Positions 49,792-59,153 of a DNA stretch of 64,000 bases are shown here, piece by piece. A model generated the notes under the pieces. It saw nothing but the letters and a program-made list of their open reading frames with translations, ran no database searches and was not told the DNA's origin. Each line of letters begins with the position of its first letter. The first letter of the stretch is position 1. The stretch is from Rickettsiales bacterium. GTDB taxonomy: Bacteria; Pseudomonadota; Alphaproteobacteria; Rs-D84. Made by a program: the position numbers and the translations under genes. The DNA is taken from contig JAITCH010000011.1 of the NCBI GenBank assembly GCA_031283185.1, forward strand, positions 550-64,549, read 5' to 3'.

Positions 49792-49879
49792 CGTCATCCC
49801 CGCGCAGGCGGGGATCTCAAATTGTATAAAGCAAAAAAGGGATTTGCCCCTTGGCCTTTTGATTTGCCGGGGCAAATCC
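49792..49879 (+). repeat. R2 plus R4
   Basis: Matches to the family consensus sequences. Confidence 0.85.
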
Positions 49880-49899
49880 AACTAAAAAATTGCACTATT

Positions 49900-51030
49900 C
49901 TACTGATTCATTAAACAATCACTTGGCAAGCCGTGTGCCTTACATTCACGGATCAACCGCCAATTTGCATGATTCTCTTGATGCTCTTCGTGCGTTTCCG
50001 CAAACACATGCCCGCCCGTTCCATCCGCTACAAAATAATAAAACTTATGCTTTTCCGGCCTCATCGCAGCCCTTATCGCATCCAATCCGGGATTCGCAAT
50101 CGGACGCGGCGGCAAGCCCTTATACTTATAAGTATTATACGGACTATCAAATTGTAAATGCGCCCGCGTAATCCCCCGCCCCTGCATATGCCCAAGCCCA
50201 TTCGTAACCGCATACACAACAGTCGGATCCGCCTGCAAACGCTGATCAATTTTCAACCGATTAATATAGACCCCCGCTACGCGCGGCATCTCTGCTAATA
50301 TACTCGTCTCTTTCTGCACCAATGCAGCAAGGCTTAACAACTCATTCCAATCCTTTATAGGCGCGGGAAAATTCACGCCATTAATTTCGCGCACCCTCGC
50401 CATCTTCGCCGCCAAAGTTTCAAGCACTTTATTCCTATTCGTCCCGCGCGCAAAAGCATAAGTATCCGGGAATAATTCCCCGTCATTATATACCACGCGA
50501 ATTTCGCCGCTTAATTCGGGATTCATTCCGACAATTTCATAAATCTGCTTTGCCGTCAAACCCTCGGGAATCGTCAATGTCGTAGTCGCTATATTCCCGC
50601 GCCCTAAATCGCGCGCTACGCCCCAAACACTCCGCCCAGGTTTCAAGTCATAAGTTCCAACCTGCACCCGTCCGCCCCAAGCCATAACAGATGCCTTAAA
50701 TAGATATTCGCTGATTATCAATCCATTTGATTTCAAGTCGGATGATATACGCGAAACCGATGCGCCCGGCGCAACCACCAATTCCGATTTCACTCGTATC
50801 GGAGATAAGATAAATGTCGCATAAGAAATAATCAATCCCAGCACAACAATAACAGCAATCGCAATTTGAGAAATTGTGTTGCGGAAATTTAATAAGGTCG
50901 AACCACCCCGTCCGGCTACGCCGGACACCCCGCCACCCTTGGCGTGGAATTTTGAGCGCGACACAAGCGAAGGGGACTTTTTAGTGTTTGCGGGGAATTT
51001 CTTTTTTGATGTCTTCTTTTTCACAGGCAT
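49900..51030 (-). CDS. mltG: Endolytic transglycosylase MltG
   Basis: TIPEG, LFPDTY, VQKET, LQADPT and SPYNTY..GLPP.PIANPG. Confidence 0.93.
   Translation of the reverse strand: MPVKKKTSKKKFPANTKKSPSLVSRSKFHAKGGGVSGVAGRGGSTLLNFRNTISQIAIAVIVVLGLIISYATFILSPIRVKSELVVAPGASVSRISSDLKSNGLIISEYLFKASVMAWGGRVQVGTYDLKPGRSVWGVARDLGRGNIATTTLTIPEGLTAKQIYEIVGMNPELSGEIRVVYNDGELFPDTYAFARGTNRNKVLETLAAKMARVREINGVNFPAPIKDWNELLSLAALVQKETSILAEMPRVAGVYINRLKIDQRLQADPTVVYAVTNGLGHMQGRGITRAHLQFDSPYNTYKYKGLPPRPIANPGLDAIRAAMRPEKHKFYYFVADGTGGHVFAETHEEHQENHANWRLIRECKAHGLPSDCLMNQ
50899..50951 (-). repeat. R3 palindrome in-frame in the mltG N-terminal tail
   Basis: Near-copy of 28365-28416, encoding KFHAKGGGVSGVAGRGGS. Confidence 0.8.
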
Positions 51031-52262
51031 TAGATTTTACCTATGATAATCGTTGCGTTCGTCCCGCCAAATCCAAATGAATTAGAAAGCGCGTATTTAA
51101 TATCTTTCTTTTTGGCTTTATGCGGAACCAAATCTATACCTTCTGTCTCCGGCTCTGGATCATCCAAATTAATCGTCGGCGGCAAAATCCCATCACGCAA
51201 TGCAAGGGTTGAAAATATCGCCTCTATCGCGCCAGCCGCGCCAAGCAAATGCCCCGTCATAGATTTCGTTGAAGACATACTGACATCCGTTCCGGCAAAC
51301 ATTTTCTTTACCGCCGACAATTCCGCCAAATCGCCCAATGGGGTCGAGGTCCCGTGCGCGTTAATATATCCAATATCAGACGGCTTTAAGTTCGCATCTT
51401 TCAATGCGGCCTGCATCGCCCTATATCCGCCATTGCCATCTTCCGCCGGCGCAGTAATATGATTGCCATCGCCCGACATTCCATAACCCAAAATCTCGCC
51501 GTAAATTTTCGCGCCGCGAGCCTTGGCGTGTTCATATTCTTCCAACACCACGACACCCGCGCCTTCGGCAATTACAAATCCATCCCGCGCTTTGTCCCAA
51601 GGACGGCTTGCGCCCTGCGGATTTTCATTATTGGTTGAAAGCGCGCGCATCGCGTCAAACCCGCTCATCCCAATCTTACATACTCCGCTTTCCGTTCCGC
51701 CAGCAACCATTATATCCGCATCGCCGTGAATTATCATACGCGCCGAATCGCCAATAGAATGCGTCCCAGTCGCGCAAGCCGTTACAAGCGACAAGTTCGG
51801 TCCCCTTAATCCATAAAGAATAGACACCCATCCGCTTGCCATATTAATCAAGGCCTTTGGCACAAAGAAAGGCGAAATCCGCCCGGGTCCCTGCTCTTTC
51901 AATGCAACGCAATTATCATACATCGTCTGCAATCCGCCGATGCCGGATCCGATTGAAACGCCCGCGCGTTCTTTTTCTTCGTCAGACAGATTTTCAATGC
52001 CCGCATCTTTAATCGCCTCTATTGCCGCGCCCACTCCGTAAGATATACATTTATCCATTTTCCGAAGTGCCGCCGGATCAATAACCGATGCAGGGTCAAA
52101 TTCTGGAACGCCCCCGATCTGAGACTTCAAGTCCGATACATCAAAAATTTCAACTTTGCCTATGCCCGATTTGCCTGCAAGCAGGTTCTTCCAAGCGTTT
52201 TCAACCCCTGTTCCCACGGGACAGACGATCCCCATTCCTGTTATAACAACTCGACGAGTCAT
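51030..52262 (-). CDS. fabF: 3-oxoacyl-ACP synthase II
   Basis: TACATG, NAHGTST, GHLLGAAG and SNSFGFGG. Confidence 0.96.
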   Translation of the reverse strand: MTRRVVITGMGIVCPVGTGVENAWKNLLAGKSGIGKVEIFDVSDLKSQIGGVPEFDPASVIDPAALRKMDKCISYGVGAAIEAIKDAGIENLSDEEKERAGVSIGSGIGGLQTMYDNCVALKEQGPGRISPFFVPKALINMASGWVSILYGLRGPNLSLVTACATGTHSIGDSARMIIHGDADIMVAGGTESGVCKIGMSGFDAMRALSTNNENPQGASRPWDKARDGFVIAEGAGVVVLEEYEHAKARGAKIYGEILGYGMSGDGNHITAPAEDGNGGYRAMQAALKDANLKPSDIGYINAHGTSTPLGDLAELSAVKKMFAGTDVSMSSTKSMTGHLLGAAGAIEAIFSTLALRDGILPPTINLDDPEPETEGIDLVPHKAKKKDIKYALSNSFGFGGTNATIIIGKI

Positions 52263-52285
52263 ATCTTAAATCCTTTTTGTTCAGC

Positions 52286-52439
52286 CAAAAAATCCTGGTC
52301 AATTTTTCATCCCGCCGCGTCATTTCCGCCCACTACCTTCGGAAACCCGACACATTATGGACATCCAGTCCACCGCAGGTCGGGTTTCCTCGGTATTGGA
52401 CGGCCTGCCGCGCCGTTGCGATTGACCTAGGATTTTTCG
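52286..52439 (-). ncRNA. Rod-shaped structured element, copy F (154 nt)
   Basis: AAAAATCCT/AGGATTTTT, GGTCAAT/ATTGACC, GGAAACCCGAC/GTCGGGTTTCC and TGGAC-ATCCA-GTCCA. Confidence 0.65.
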
Positions 52440-52509
52440 CACTTTATTAACTTTTTGAGATTATAAAATTAAGAATAAATTATGTAAAGGAGAAAATATG
52501 ACAGCAATT

Positions 52510-53223
52510 TTACCGCCTTTTCATAACCAATAAACTTCCCTCGAACAACATAATCAACGGCAAGGCCAGCGCAATACAAGACACCAAGTCCGGCGGGGTC
52601 AACATCGCGCCCACAATAAACATTCCAACCCAAACAAAACGCCGCGCTTTTACCGCCGATTCCCGCCCTAAAAACCCTATCCTATTCAGCACCACCAGAA
52701 TAACCGGCAGTTGAAACGCCAATCCGAATGTCTTCATAAGTCCCACGCATAACGCCACATATCCCGCCATATTCGGCAATAAAACCGATGCAAAATTACC
52801 CTCTTCCGAAAAGCCTATGAAGAACTCAAACATAACCGGCATTAAAAAGAAATAAACAAACGCCGCTCCCGCCACGAAAAACACCGGAGACGCCAACATA
52901 ACAGATGCAATAAATTTACCCTCCGCGCCCTTTAACCCCGGCCTCGCAAACCTGAACAACTGAAACATCGCAAAGGGCAATGACAGCACCGCCGACAACA
53001 TCAATGCAATATCCAATCTTATCATCAACGCATCCGCCAAGCCCGTCCACAGCAGCGCGCCATCCGCCCAAACAGATTGCAGCGGCGCAACAATCAAATC
53101 CTGGGCAATCGGTGAAAAATACCAGCCCGCGCCAAATGCAATCAGAAAAAACAAAGCGCAGAACAGAACGCGGCGGCGCAATTCCGCAATATGATCCATA
53201 ATCCTCATCTTCGGCTTTTTCAT
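52510..53223 (-). CDS. tatC: Twin-arginine translocase TatC
   Basis: DHIAELRRR, FARPGL, FGLAFQLP and LTPPD. Confidence 0.93.
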   Translation of the reverse strand: MKKPKMRIMDHIAELRRRVLFCALFFLIAFGAGWYFSPIAQDLIVAPLQSVWADGALLWTGLADALMIRLDIALMLSAVLSLPFAMFQLFRFARPGLKGAEGKFIASVMLASPVFFVAGAAFVYFFLMPVMFEFFIGFSEEGNFASVLLPNMAGYVALCVGLMKTFGLAFQLPVILVVLNRIGFLGRESAVKARRFVWVGMFIVGAMLTPPDLVSCIALALPLIMLFEGSLLVMKRR

Positions 53224-53618
53224 TTCTTTCCGCCTTTAAGTTCCCCTCCGTTGGAGGGGTGGACGCGAAGCGGACGGGGTGGTTTAGCCACATATGGCCG
53301 AACTGCATCGCTTAATTTGGTTAAACCACCTCCCCGCCTGCGGCGGGACTCCTCCAATGGAGGAGAACTTTTTTTAATCGGCTCCGCAAATGTCGCCATC
53401 ATATCATCCATTACTTTCTGACTATGAACCACAGGATCAATCCTTTCCACTTCGCCAGCCAATTCTTCCAACTTCACCTGCGCTATATAAGTCATCTCGC
53501 GTATCCAACGCACAACTCTCGCCAAACCCCTAGCAACACTTGGCCAATAGCGCGGAGGCAAAACCAACACAGCAACTATAATTATTAATAAAAATTCCCC
53601 ACCCGATATTCCAAACAC
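53220..53618 (-). CDS. tatB: TatB with a repeat-derived C-terminus
   Basis: MFGISGGEFLLIIIVAVLVLPP; stop overlaps the tatC start. Confidence 0.75.
   Translation of the reverse strand: MFGISGGEFLLIIIVAVLVLPPRYWPSVARGLARVVRWIREMTYIAQVKLEELAGEVERIDPVVHSQKVMDDMMATFAEPIKKSSPPLEESRRRRGGGLTKLSDAVRPYVAKPPRPLRVHPSNGGELKGGKK
53238..53369. repeat. Inverted R3 pair within tatB
   Basis: Related to the intergenic elements 61074-61200 (inverted) and 38200-38337. Confidence 0.85.
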
Positions 53619-53684
53619 TTTTTTTCGCCTTTAAGGTTGTTCCTAATAATTGCTCACTGCCACCAGCCCGGTGCAGATGCTAAC

Positions 53685-54308
53685 CTATTCGTAATACTTA
53701 TCACCAGTCCCGGTTGTATTCACCCTATGTTTCTGCACATTCCAAAATCCCTTTGGAAAGTCCGTTCTCGTCTTCAATCCGCTTAACTCCACTTCCGTCT
53801 TACTTCCAGTCGCATCCTTTAACTCCCAACCCTTTAACGCAACAGGACTATCACCAAACAAGACCTTCATCTCGCCCAATCCCGGATTGTTTTTCAGATT
53901 CAACTTTAACTCAAAGCCCCCTGAAAATTGCCTGCTTTCCATTACCTTAATATCCGCGCCAGTCAAGTCAATCGTCTTTCTCGCCAGCACGCTCGCAGGC
54001 GTAGATGACGAAGGAATAGTCGTAATCTGATCCAACGACTTGTCATAAAAGAACAGATTCTTGCCATCCGAAATAAGCTGTATCGGCAATTTATCATAAT
54101 CAAGCCTAATCTTCCCCGGACGCAACATATAAAACTTTCCAAACTCTTCCTTACCTCCGCCAACCTTTTGCGTAAAGCCGCCCTCTAATCCCGATATATT
54201 ATTCAGGTATGTCTCCGCCCGCTCCACTAATTTGGCATCAACTTTCGCCTCCGCCATAAAAGGCATTAACAACGCGCCCAAAATCAAACTAATCTTCAAC
54301 ATAAGCAT
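53685..54308 (-). CDS. lolA: Outer-membrane lipoprotein carrier LolA family
   Basis: Signal peptide, FTQ, RPGKIRLDY, SDGK and QIT...STP. Confidence 0.85.
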   Translation of the reverse strand: MLMLKISLILGALLMPFMAEAKVDAKLVERAETYLNNISGLEGGFTQKVGGGKEEFGKFYMLRPGKIRLDYDKLPIQLISDGKNLFFYDKSLDQITTIPSSSTPASVLARKTIDLTGADIKVMESRQFSGGFELKLNLKNNPGLGEMKVLFGDSPVALKGWELKDATGSKTEVELSGLKTRTDFPKGFWNVQKHRVNTTGTGDKYYE

Positions 54309-56055
54309 CCTCCACCATTAATTGCACGCTTGAATTCCCATTATATATATTTTCTTTCACCCGGGCAAACAAGACAATTTTTCTGCCCCTATTCGCGTCA
54401 TTCATAAAAAATTCCCCGGCCGCAGTTTTCAACATTCCAAAGCCTATCCCCGCCAACCTCCCAACCGCAGTAGTAAAACCCAATCTTAAATGCCCCGTTC
54501 CGACCGGCTCTACCCAATCTATAACCGCGCCCGATAATATAAAGCCCGGCTCCGGGTTATCCTGCCCGAACGGAGACAGCACCGACAAACTCCGCGCCAT
54601 ATCTAAATTCGCAGCAGATGCGTCAATCATTAAATCCGCTTTCAGCAAAGGCGCGAATTCCCGACCCTTCATAATTTTCGCAACGGAATCTTCAAGATGT
54701 TTCTTAAACGCCGGAATGTTTTCAACGCGTAATGAAAATCCCGCCGCCGCCGCGTGCCCGCCGCCCTCTATCAATAATCCCTTTGCACGCGCCTCTTCTA
54801 TGATGCCGCCCAAATCCACTTCCGGCACGCTCCGCCCCGAACCCTTGGCCACGCCATCCGGCTGAATGGTCGCAATGCAAGCCGGACGATAATACTTTTC
54901 TTTCAGCCTGCCCGCAATAATACCCATCACTCCGCCGTGCCAATTTTCCCCGCAGACGAAAATACAATTCGCATCGCCACCCTCGGCATCCACCATCTCG
55001 CACGACAATTGCAATATCCCGCTTTCTATATCCTTCCTTTGGCGATTCAGGCCATCCAGTTTCTCCGCCAGTTCCCGCGCCTCTATCTCATTATCCGTCA
55101 GCAGCAGTTTCATACTATCATCCGCAGTCCCAAGCCGCCCGGATGCATTCAGCCGGGGGCCCAGCATAAATCCCGCGCCATAAACATCCAAATGCTTACA
55201 GCCTGCAACATCGCCTAAAATCCTGAGACCCGTGCGATTCCATAAATTTGCAACTTTGAGCCCGGTTGAAACAATCGCCCGATTAAGCCCGATTAATGGC
55301 ATCGTATCACATATAGTCCCAATCGCCACCAGATCCAAAAATTCCTTCAAGTCCGGCTCTGGTTTAGCATCGTTAAAAAATCCCCGCTCCCTTAGATTCC
55401 GATTAAGCGCGATTAAGAACATAAAGACCACGCCGACACCCGCCAGCATTCCCAATCCCGATTCGTCCCCGATTCTCTTCGGATTGATTATCGCATCCGC
55501 AACTGGCAATTCCGGACTGCCTTGGTTATGGTGATCGGTTATTATTAATTTCAGCCCTAATGATTTGGCGTGCGCGGCCGCCTGCATCGCTGATATGCCG
55601 CAATCAACCGTTATAATCAGATTCGCATTCAATTTATGAAATTCATCCACCGCATCTTTGGACAGGCCATATCCTTCGTGATCCCTATGCGGCAATCTCC
55701 AAACGACTTTATCATCCAACCCCAATGCCAAAAGGTATTTAACCATCACGGCGGCGGCAGTTATACCATCCACATCATAATCGCCGAACACAGCAATTTT
55801 ATCGCCCGCCAAAACCGAGTCTGACGCAATACGAACGGCGTCATTCATTCCAAGAACAACATTCGGATCGGGAAGTTGATTATGTAAAGACGGGTTTAAA
55901 AATTCAGCGGGCTTTTCAATGCCGCGCGCGACCATAAGGGAGGCCACAATTTCGGATACTGAATTTTCTTTTTGGATGGCGGAGACTTGTTCGGGATTAA
56001 CATCCGAAACAAACCAGGATTTTCCTGTTAAAGATTTATCCACTATTTTTTTCAA
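54289..56055 (-). CDS. recJ: ssDNA exonuclease RecJ
   Basis: GDYDVDG, TVDCG, TDHH and GGHAAAAG. Confidence 0.95.
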   Translation of the reverse strand: MKKIVDKSLTGKSWFVSDVNPEQVSAIQKENSVSEIVASLMVARGIEKPAEFLNPSLHNQLPDPNVVLGMNDAVRIASDSVLAGDKIAVFGDYDVDGITAAAVMVKYLLALGLDDKVVWRLPHRDHEGYGLSKDAVDEFHKLNANLIITVDCGISAMQAAAHAKSLGLKLIITDHHNQGSPELPVADAIINPKRIGDESGLGMLAGVGVVFMFLIALNRNLRERGFFNDAKPEPDLKEFLDLVAIGTICDTMPLIGLNRAIVSTGLKVANLWNRTGLRILGDVAGCKHLDVYGAGFMLGPRLNASGRLGTADDSMKLLLTDNEIEARELAEKLDGLNRQRKDIESGILQLSCEMVDAEGGDANCIFVCGENWHGGVMGIIAGRLKEKYYRPACIATIQPDGVAKGSGRSVPEVDLGGIIEEARAKGLLIEGGGHAAAAGFSLRVENIPAFKKHLEDSVAKIMKGREFAPLLKADLMIDASAANLDMARSLSVLSPFGQDNPEPGFILSGAVIDWVEPVGTGHLRLGFTTAVGRLAGIGFGMLKTAAGEFFMNDANRGRKIVLFARVKENIYNGNSSVQLMVEDAYVED

Positions 56056-56149
56056 CTGCGCTTCTTTTTTATTGAATGGATATTAACATCCTATTTTGCA
56101 CGGCGCAATAAATAAATGATATATGGATTTGCCCGGCAAATCCATTTTC

Positions 56150-57811
56150 TTAAATCCGCTCAAACATACTATCAAGTTCCGCAAGTGTTATCTCTTTCCA
56201 AACAGGCCGTCCGTGATTACATTGCCCGCCCCGCTCTCCATTTTCTATATCCCTTAATAACGCGTCCATCTCTTCATAACTCAATTTTCGACCCGCCCTA
56301 ACCGACCGATGACATGCAAAATTTGCCAGTTTCAAATGCAGCCTTTCCTGCAACGCCGCACTGCTACCTTTTGCCCTTACTTCGGACGCAATAACTTTCA
56401 GCACTGCCGCCCAATCAAGATCAAAGTCCCCGGGAACCTCTCTGACCACTACCGAATTATCTCCGAAATGTTCCACCGACAATCCGCATTTTTGCAGGTC
56501 TTCCGCAACGGATAAAACCGCGTCCAATTCACCCGCATTCAGGTCAACAACTTGCGGCACTAACAAGGGCCTAGTCGGCAAAATGTTATCCCTTAATTTT
56601 TCATAAGTAATTCTCTCCGCCGCTGCATGTTGGTCAACCAATACCAGGCCGTTTTTATTTTCAGCAACTATATATTTGCTAAGTATTTGGCCGATTACAC
56701 GCCCCAACGGCAAATCAAAACCATCAATAATCGGCGCGGAATCATCGGCGTCAAAACCCGGCATTTTTGATATATTATTCTCAAAAAAGCCGGTGTCCCG
56801 AAAGACGCAAAAATCATCCTGAACAGGGGCATAAAACGGCGTAATTTCAGACGCCAAAGACCGAGATAAAACAGCCCTTAAACTTCGCACCATAAGGTCC
56901 CTAATTCTACGCGGTTCTAAAAAATGCACCTCCGTCTTCGCAGGCGATACATTCACATCCACCTCTTCTGACGGCAATTCTAGGTAAAGGCAACAGACTG
57001 GAAATTCACGGCTAGACATAACATCAAAATACGCCGCACGCAATGCGCCAACCAGAACTTTATCCTTCACCGGACGACCATTCACAAACAGATATTGATC
57101 GCTTGCGGACGCCCTTCTAAAAGTCGGCTTTGATATAAATCCATGCAAACGAATTTCAGAGTCATTCGCATCAACTTCTGACATTTGACCTGTTATATCC
57201 TCCCCTATAACCCGAACCATCCGATCAAAAATCGCCTCATTCGCCGGGAACCTTTCGGACACATTAAATACAAATCCAACATCCGGCCGCGCCAGCGCAA
57301 GGCGATATAAAACCTCCCGCGCGGACGCCAATTCAAATCGGTCATTACGCAAAAACTTCAATCTTGCCGGAACGCATCCAAACAGATTTTCCACCCTTAT
57401 GCAAGTTCCTTTCTCCACCGGCGCAGGGGTTATTTTTTGCGTAGCGCAATCCAGTCTCCATCCTCCGTCTCCGGCGGATGTTGAAATCGTCATTTCCGAA
57501 ACCGAGGCAATGGACGGAATCGCCTCGCCCCTAAAACCCAAAGTTTTAATATCCAATAAATCTTCGCCAGTTAATTTACTTGTCGCGTGCCGACCAATAC
57601 AGGCGGATAAATCTTCTTTATTCATTCCGCAGCCGTTATCAATGACGCTGATTAATGTGCGGCCGCCATCCACCACATCCACAACAATCCTGTCCGCGCC
57701 CGCATCCAATGAATTTTCCACCAATTCCTTTACGACCGAGGCAGGCCTTTCCACCACTTCTCCGGCGGCAATTTTATTTACCAGATCAAGCGGCAAAATT
57801 CTAATCGCCAT
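56150..57811 (-). CDS. mutL: DNA mismatch repair protein MutL
   Basis: IAAGEVVERP, GFRGEA, DQHAAAER and CNHGRP. Confidence 0.95.
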   Translation of the reverse strand: MAIRILPLDLVNKIAAGEVVERPASVVKELVENSLDAGADRIVVDVVDGGRTLISVIDNGCGMNKEDLSACIGRHATSKLTGEDLLDIKTLGFRGEAIPSIASVSEMTISTSAGDGGWRLDCATQKITPAPVEKGTCIRVENLFGCVPARLKFLRNDRFELASAREVLYRLALARPDVGFVFNVSERFPANEAIFDRMVRVIGEDITGQMSEVDANDSEIRLHGFISKPTFRRASASDQYLFVNGRPVKDKVLVGALRAAYFDVMSSREFPVCCLYLELPSEEVDVNVSPAKTEVHFLEPRRIRDLMVRSLRAVLSRSLASEITPFYAPVQDDFCVFRDTGFFENNISKMPGFDADDSAPIIDGFDLPLGRVIGQILSKYIVAENKNGLVLVDQHAAAERITYEKLRDNILPTRPLLVPQVVDLNAGELDAVLSVAEDLQKCGLSVEHFGDNSVVVREVPGDFDLDWAAVLKVIASEVRAKGSSAALQERLHLKLANFACHRSVRAGRKLSYEEMDALLRDIENGERGGQCNHGRPVWKEITLAELDSMFERI

Positions 57812-58613
57812 CAGACTTCATCCAATTTCTTATTACCTCGAACGGCATCTTTTCATAATCACCCATCGCGCCACCAATAAACGACTTTGCAAATTCCGCC
57901 GCGACAATCCAGGCCGCAACATCCACTTCGCCCGATACCACAGCCGCGCTTTGCCCATCTGGCAGACTTTCCAAAATATCCGCCGCCGCGCCCTTGTTTT
58001 TCGCAAAAACGAGACTTGGAATATGTCCAAAGGCCCGCACCGCAGGCAATCCCTCCGCAAGAGTTCTAAACAACGCGTCTCCGCCCAAAACACGGAATGC
58101 CGCCCCGTGCATAACTTTTAATTCCCAGAACAAGAACATCGCCAGATCCGCATCCGGCAATCCTCGGCTTTTTTGCAAAAAGGTCTCGAAGAACTCCGGC
58201 GTGGACGCGTGGTGCAAAACCTCCGCCAGGCTTTTATAATAATTCCTTTCGGACACCTCTATAATTTTTATATTTTCGTGTTTCGGCAAAACATCAAAAT
58301 CAATTTTCGCCAGGCTCCGCTGATGCGAAGGGATCATATCCATATATGCCTTGAATTCGGGCGCGTTCAACACCGCCATATCCTGCAAGGGCGAATAATC
58401 CTTGAAATTGAAATCAAGTTCTTTCCAAATCGGCCTTTCCGGCGCGGCTAATTTTTTAATGGCAGTTAACGCCTCTTCATTTATCCTCACCAACGACCAG
58501 TCAAACAACGCCCCGGCAAAGGGATGCACCGCGCCCTTCCTCATCCCGGATAATTCGCCAATGCCAAGGTCTGATACAAATTCCGCCTGTTTTTTCAGAT
58601 ATGTTAAATCCAT
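57801..58613 (-). CDS. Hypothetical protein
   Basis: 270-aa ORF coupled between greA and mutL. Confidence 0.65.
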   Translation of the reverse strand: MDLTYLKKQAEFVSDLGIGELSGMRKGAVHPFAGALFDWSLVRINEEALTAIKKLAAPERPIWKELDFNFKDYSPLQDMAVLNAPEFKAYMDMIPSHQRSLAKIDFDVLPKHENIKIIEVSERNYYKSLAEVLHHASTPEFFETFLQKSRGLPDADLAMFLFWELKVMHGAAFRVLGGDALFRTLAEGLPAVRAFGHIPSLVFAKNKGAAADILESLPDGQSAAVVSGEVDVAAWIVAAEFAKSFIGGAMGDYEKMPFEVIRNWMKSDGD

Positions 58614-59074
58614 TAAAACCTCACAGATATTATCTCGTATTCTTTCACACCGCTCGGGGTATGGACAGATACCAGGTCGCCTACCTTATGCCCGACCAAC
58701 GCCTTGCCGATGGGGCTGGATACAGAAATTTTGCCCGCCGCTATGTCGCTTTCCGTCCCGCCTAATAATTGATAAGAAACTCTTTTGCCCGCCTCGTCTT
58801 CCAATTCCACCACCGCGCCAAATGAAGCAACTCCTTCGGTCGCATTGGAAAAATCTATGACTTTGGAACCCGTAATCAGTTTTTCCAGTTCGCCGATGCG
58901 CCTATCCATCCATCTCTGCTTTTCCCGAGCAGTCTGATATTCCGCGTTTTCCTTCAAATCGCCTAATGCCCGCGCGGCTTGAATCGCCTGCATAAGCGGA
59001 GGGCGTTCAACCTCGCGCAGTTGCTTTAATTCGGATAAAAGTTCATCCATACCAGACTGAGAAATCGGCTTCAT
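58613..59074 (-). CDS. greA: Transcription elongation factor GreA
   Basis: GDLKENAEY and ISVSSPIGKAL. Confidence 0.96.
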   Translation of the reverse strand: MKPISQSGMDELLSELKQLREVERPPLMQAIQAARALGDLKENAEYQTAREKQRWMDRRIGELEKLITGSKVIDFSNATEGVASFGAVVELEDEAGKRVSYQLLGGTESDIAAGKISVSSPIGKALVGHKVGDLVSVHTPSGVKEYEIISVRF

Positions 59075-59153
59075 TTCTTCAATTCCCTTATATATTGATT
59101 TTCTGCCATCAATATAATAAAATAAGGTTTCTAAGTCAACAACCGAGGATTAA

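Noticed and set aside
35525..52439. Rod elements as 6S RNA, riboswitches or integron attC sites
   Set aside because: There is no large central bubble as in 6S. Two copies have no downstream sense gene and two precede the next gene's promoter. There are no RYYYAAC/GTTRRRY ends, the flanking genes are housekeeping, and no IntI is present. An Rfam search is still needed.
52473..52500. dif site (TTATGTAAAGG resembles a XerD arm)
   Set aside because: No convincing XerC arm at 6-bp spacing.
57399..58121. Long antisense ORFs (also 1921-2610, 18663-19268, 33637-34278)
   Set aside because: They lie opposite well-conserved genes and have no motifs of their own.
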